From Lingula anatina (Eukaryota > Animalia > Brachiopoda), in NCBI GenBank assembly GCA_051362555.1, contig CM120643.1, positions 23,998,848-24,062,847 of the forward strand: a stretch of 64,000 nt of DNA, in the 5' to 3' direction. The notes beneath the pieces were generated by a model, which worked only from the letters and a program-made list of their open reading frames with translations, searched no databases and was not told the DNA's origin. Positions 58,681 to 64,000 of the stretch are shown here, piece by piece; positions within the stretch are counted from its first letter, which is position 1, and each line of letters opens with the position of its first letter. The translations under genes were made by a program, and so were the position numbers.

Positions 58681-59106
58681 ATAGATACCTTTAAATCTAC
58701 TTTTTTTCTGGAATAGTTTATGCTAGTTACATGTGATTAAAAGTCCATGTCAATACATTGATTTTAATTTTCACTTCCGGTAAAATGCATTATTCAGCAA
58801 AGGCAGTAATTTCATTACTTCAGAGTGTGTAACACGCCTATGGGGCAAAGAGTGGAGTCTACGCCACCACAGAATAAATAGATTAAGTTCAAAGGAATCC
58901 GATGGACGCTCTCTTTTACGATTATATTGTGGGAGAAATCGACACGTCGCCGTGCCTTGTGGAGAATGCTAAGTGGAGATGTATGTTCTTTTCCTAGGGG
59001 AACGTGGAAAGGATTCCTATAGTTTTATTAGCTTGAAATGCTTTTTGTTTCTTTGTTTTGTTTTGTTTTTCGTGCTGCTACTGCCACACAGGATTATGGA
59101 GTTCCA

Positions 59107-59156
<50 letters not shown>

Positions 59157-60726
59157 GTCACTTGGGGGGTTGCGGTTCAACTCACCGCCGTTAAGCTTTA
59201 TTGCGACAGTCTGCACATTACACCGCATCAATGCTACCAAATGTTCATCCACAACCCCTAAAATAGCAACATGCAATGTCACTACATGATCGTTAATTTA
59301 ATACGACAATGAAGAGAATTGTCAATTCTTCTTTCCAGTACACTTAAAACTAAAACATATCATTTTAAGTGGATTAAGACATAGCGATTGTAAAGAACAT
59401 TTGGGCATGTAGCATGGATACTCCCAGGCATTAAGAATTGCCTCGCTACAAGTCTACCCAGACGCATTGGCGTGTAAAGGCTCTATTCTGAGTAACAGGC
59501 GTACACTTGTACACGAGACGTACACTTGTACACTAGTGCGGAACTATTTTCAGATCATCTATATGTCATACATGTATTAATGTGTATAAAGGCGCTGTGC
59601 ATTGCAGCATGGAAGATCCATTGATCTAACAGTAAATTTTAACTGAATACGACAGCAAACAGGTATTATATTATTCACCTCTTATACTTACATACGCGTA
59701 CGTAAAATAAGTGCATTTGATCTTAAAACTTTCGACCTTAAGTCTGTATGTCAAAATGTTATTTTCATTGCACTATAGTATAATAACGGCGTTTCGTTTA
59801 ATGTGCCATCTTACCGGATAATCATCAAAAAGTGTGCACTTTATCATGTTATCACCAAGATCCTGGCGCAAAAAGAAAGGGAAAAGAAATTAAATCAAAA
59901 GTTTAACATTATATCTACTTGCTGAGTACGTGTCCGCAAGGAAACAACGCCAAAGGCATTGCTTTAAGCTTAACAAGCAAAGCAAAATAGATTTAGCTCT
60001 GGGATATCGAGTGTATACTTTCGATTCGGTACTTAAATAGCGTCATTGTTATTAAGTCAGCTAATAAAACATAACTTAAGTGTACACATGATTACATCGT
60101 TTGCCATCGTGATACATGCACTAGTACACTGCGTTTGCGCATGCCTAGACAAGCCACATTTGGGATTTGATCTTCAATTTCCCGTTGCAGGTACACCATT
60201 TCTCCCTACTCCACTTTGCCTTTATCTGGACATTGCTGCATTCACAAAACCGCATCAGCCGAGGATCACTGGCTCCAACCAGTTGATACAGTAAATATTG
60301 TATTCTACAAGAGTTAACTCCGCTTTGAGGTCGTATTGATTCGTGTTGAGTTTCGAGTTTGTACAGCGTGAGCTTCTTTCCTTGAGATGGTCGCATTACA
60401 GTGCTGGAAGCCATGCTGGTGGTTTGGGTTCATTTTGCATTTGGTGGACGCGTAATTCAAGCGGGTCACTCAATCGCTCAATGATTTATAATCTGGGAAC
60501 TATTGTAAACTGTCTAAGTGCTCTGAATGCGCTTGGCGGAATTGTATATGGCCAGAACGAGGTTCAAGAAGGTTTGCTGTCCTGAACGTGATGTTTCAGA
60601 GTCGTCTGTTTAGTAGGTAATGCAATGAACAATGGACTTGGTCAAAAACACCCACTGTTTTTAAATAGAGTGGCATAGGTTTGGAGACGCTGTTGACTAT
60701 TTGTCTGTTCGTATCCAGCCGGAAAC

Positions 60727-61842
60727 ATGGCACATCTGCACCGGTTCGTTTCATTAGGAGATAGATTTAACTCACAGGTATTCACGTTTATAGTTCCACC
60801 AAAAATCCTCCGTGATTACGCCGACTTGTCTTCCCGTGAGTTCGAATACGGTTACCAAAGGTGGACCCTAAGCTTTGTCAAATCGGCCAAACACATAGGG
60901 GTATTCCTGGAGCTTAAGAAAGCGACGGAGGGGTTAAACTGTACCATCGATTTTGTAATCACGTTAATTAATCACGATCATTTTACGCGTAATGAGGAGC
61001 TGAGAGAGCGTAAGACGCAGTTCACTGTGGACATGCCGCGACATGGGAATCCGCACTTTATCGAAATAGAGGAGTTGATAAAGAGGAACTTCGCCATGCC
61101 CAGTGGTGACTTCATGGTGGAAGTGGAACTACGGCACATAAAAACAGTCTTTGAGGATGTAATCCAGCTGCCGCGGCGGCCCAGCGAGGTCAACATGCAC
61201 CAGATTGACTATCAAAACTTTGAGACCCGCCATTTTCATTTTGGGGACTCCGACTGGAACGTGGCGCTGTCCCACCTGGGCGATGACCACTCCAGCACGA
61301 GCCAGGACGTGGTCCGGCTGACCCGACTGACCAACTTTGACCTCCTATGCAAGACAAAATACGCCGTCGTCCTCGGGAAAGGGAAGAAAATGACGGAAAC
61401 GGACATCATGGAAGTGTCCTTAGACTCAGAAAACGAGGACCCCGGATACACGCTGCACCAAAGTCTATACAACACAGCGTCGCATAAAGGACGCCTGCAG
61501 CTTTTAGTCGAGATGTACTCGACAACTTACTACAGTCGCGTTCGACTGGAACCTCTGACAAAGAACAAAAACAGGGCACATTGCTACGACCGCGAGCAAC
61601 AGGCGTGGTTGATAGAATCCAACGTTAGTGGACCATATTTGAAGCTAAGACTGTACTATACCGATGTAAAGAACGTCCCTCGCAGGTATACGAGGTTTGT
61701 TAACTGGTCCGTTGCTATCGTACCTGCTCTCCGTACTTATAAACCCGTGAAGGGTCTGGATGGACCTTACACTAGTTATTACTCTCAGCAAACAGACGCA
61801 GAAAAGGGATACGAGATGGTGACAAACATCAGGACAGAGGAG
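60727..61842 (+). CDS. MATH/TRAF-like beta-sandwich domain protein, large first coding exon (continues downstream)
   Basis: GC-richer 372-codon open exon with good start context (AACATGG) and donor GAG|GTAAGG at 61842/61843. The pattern SREFEYGYQRWTLSF...IGVFLEL...IDFVITLIN...FIEIEEL...FMVEVEL is MATH-like and recurs in ETRHFHFGDSDWNVAL. Later exons were not identified. Confidence 0.8.
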
Positions 61843-64000
61843 GTAAGGGCCATGACCTTTTTTGCAAACCAAGTCTAGGCAAAATATTGGTCTAAACTTT
61901 TAGACTAAAATTATAGTCCACCATGACCCCAGATGAATTATAACTATTCAATTAAAACATATAATGCGCCTGTTTAATACCAAGAAAGCAATGCCCAATG
62001 TTTCAGACCAATTATCACTTTATTTAAGGGGACTTCTCTGAATTCCCCTTGAACTTAGGTACAACACATTTTGGCCTAAAAGTTTAATTTTCAAATGTTC
62101 ACTGGTACCCGAGGGCTAACCAGCAGGGTATCGTCCATCCTAATAACGTTGCCTGAATTGAATTCAACATTCTGAGGTAAAAATGTTTATTTGCCAAATA
62201 GGCTAACTCTTAAATTGCATTTATTTTCAGCAGGTAGCTTACATTGTATTTTATTATATTCAACTATTTAGTGTGCTAAATGCACATCAGTGAAACTGTA
62301 ATGTTGCGCTACAGTTTGGACAATTTAGGAACAGTTGGTAGGACAATCGATCGAAACAGGAAGGGCGTGGAGCTACAACCGAGATGATTTTGTTTTTGTT
62401 GTCTTTCAGCGCAGCTCAGGTAAAAACATGATCTCTTGTGCAGTTTTTATGGCGCCTTTGCGTGATCAAGTGTATTGTTTGAGGTCCCCAGGAGATATGT
62501 TCTACTTCCCATTAAAGTATATACCTGCGGTGTTCATTCTTCCTGCAGTGATGATCGGTTACCATAATTGATATATTCCGTGAGGCAGGTTTTTTTTATA
62601 TGGCATTTTGTACCAGGGAAAAAGGGCATTTCATTTTTATATGACTTGATACCGTGGTTGCCTTCTTCAATTACAATACCGAGAGTTTTCTGTCACCACC
62701 TGATGCTGCACCGAGTTTTGCGGTTTTTCGTGACAAAGCATTATTGACAACAATATCATTTTTCTAAGAAGCAACCTCCAAGAATGGAACGCCTCTGAGG
62801 TCTAGGCGGCATCATTACAAAGATATGGGCACCGCACTGTGCCATCCAGTCCAAATGTCAATATTTCATGCAATGAAATCGACGCAGTTGTAATCATATT
62901 GGTATTCTACAGTGTACGTACTTGGAAAGCAATGTTTACCTATAAGTGCTTCCCGTTATGATGCAGGCAACCTCCTAACCAACATCCTCCTCTTGTTTTG
63001 CTCAATATATCGGTCTTTCAACTTGGATTTAATTCACTCGATGCTATACAGATATCCAGAAAGAATATAGCATCGGTCATCGGTTCAATTATTGTTGCCT
63101 CAGCCACGATATAAAGCCACTAAAAGTGTATCTAGAGGCCTAATTTAATTCAATATTCTTATGATAAATTAGATTTGGTAAAACTGTAAAGCGATATTAC
63201 TTCTACTGCTCTTTGCGCTCCCATATAGCGACTGGCTTGTTAAATACGAGATATGTGGAGATGTGTGAAGCGGCATGCACCCTTTGCAGTCAGATAAAAA
63301 TTCATCATTATTTCCTTCAATATTTTTCACCTTCTAATATGTCTCCAACGAAGTTCACGGTCTCACTACAATATTTTGCGCCCTCGATATATTTGTCGAT
63401 AAGTATTAGTATTAACCCTTATAAGGATTCGATTGATACTGGTATCATATATACATAATATATACCCCAATATGAATACCTTTGACTACTGTTAGTCTGT
63501 ATTTGAATTCACTTAATGAGCACGGTCATAAATATATTATTCTGCACGCTTTTGTTATATATTCTGTCTATATTCTTAAATTCGTATATTTAATCACAAA
63601 CCCATGATAAAACTACAATATGTTATGACATTCACGTGTTATTTGTGAATTCATTTAACGAATATTTATTGCATGATTATTGCAAAATGGAACAACACGA
63701 CCATCCTCTGGTGTTTTTTCTTGTTCTCTGAAATCGTTGGACATGTCTCATAAAGTTGAGAGCCGCTGCTGCGCTGCCGTTTCTGGTTTCTTGTACTTGT
63801 ACTCGTGACACACATTGCAAATATTACATTGAGATGTTCATATCACCCACGAGAGGAAAATCAGAGACTCAACTGAAGGGTGGTACTGTCCTTAAGGATA
63901 AACAATTGCTAATTACGGTCTGCATCGATTCTTTAATTGCTTCCAATTTGGCTCCATTTACTAATCGAATGGCTCAGTGGCTAGAATTATTCATGAATTG

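Noticed and set aside
60978-61872. Antisense ORFs overlapping the MATH-like exon
   Set aside because: Shadow frames of a GC-richer coding exon.

Overview
AT-rich, intron-containing metazoan (invertebrate-like) genomic DNA; most ORF-track entries are spurious. The right third holds three genes: EXOSC7/RRP42 (9 coding exons, minus strand, 291 aa), head-to-head with a ZDHHC3/7-type palmitoyltransferase (7 coding exons, plus strand, 308 aa), and then a large exon of a MATH/TRAF-like protein. The left half contains the main finding, which the ORF track does not show: a cluster of small three-exon genes encoding secreted precursors of the form signal peptide / poly-arginine cationic peptide / Gly / very acidic C-terminal pro-region. 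There are three intact copies (7652-8650 minus, 22930-23807 plus, 29084-30003 minus) and three deleted remnants, arranged as tandem and inverted duplications with signs of gene conversion. This is a candidate undescribed antimicrobial or cell-penetrating peptide family; the function is inferred, not shown. The cluster is surrounded by transposon debris: Helitron/Helentron-like non-autonomous elements carrying ~145-bp satellite arrays (one nested in another), Kolobok-like TTAA elements, Harbinger- and MULE-like MITEs, a Tc1 remnant and a YqaJ-exonuclease pseudogene. All coordinates were counted by hand.
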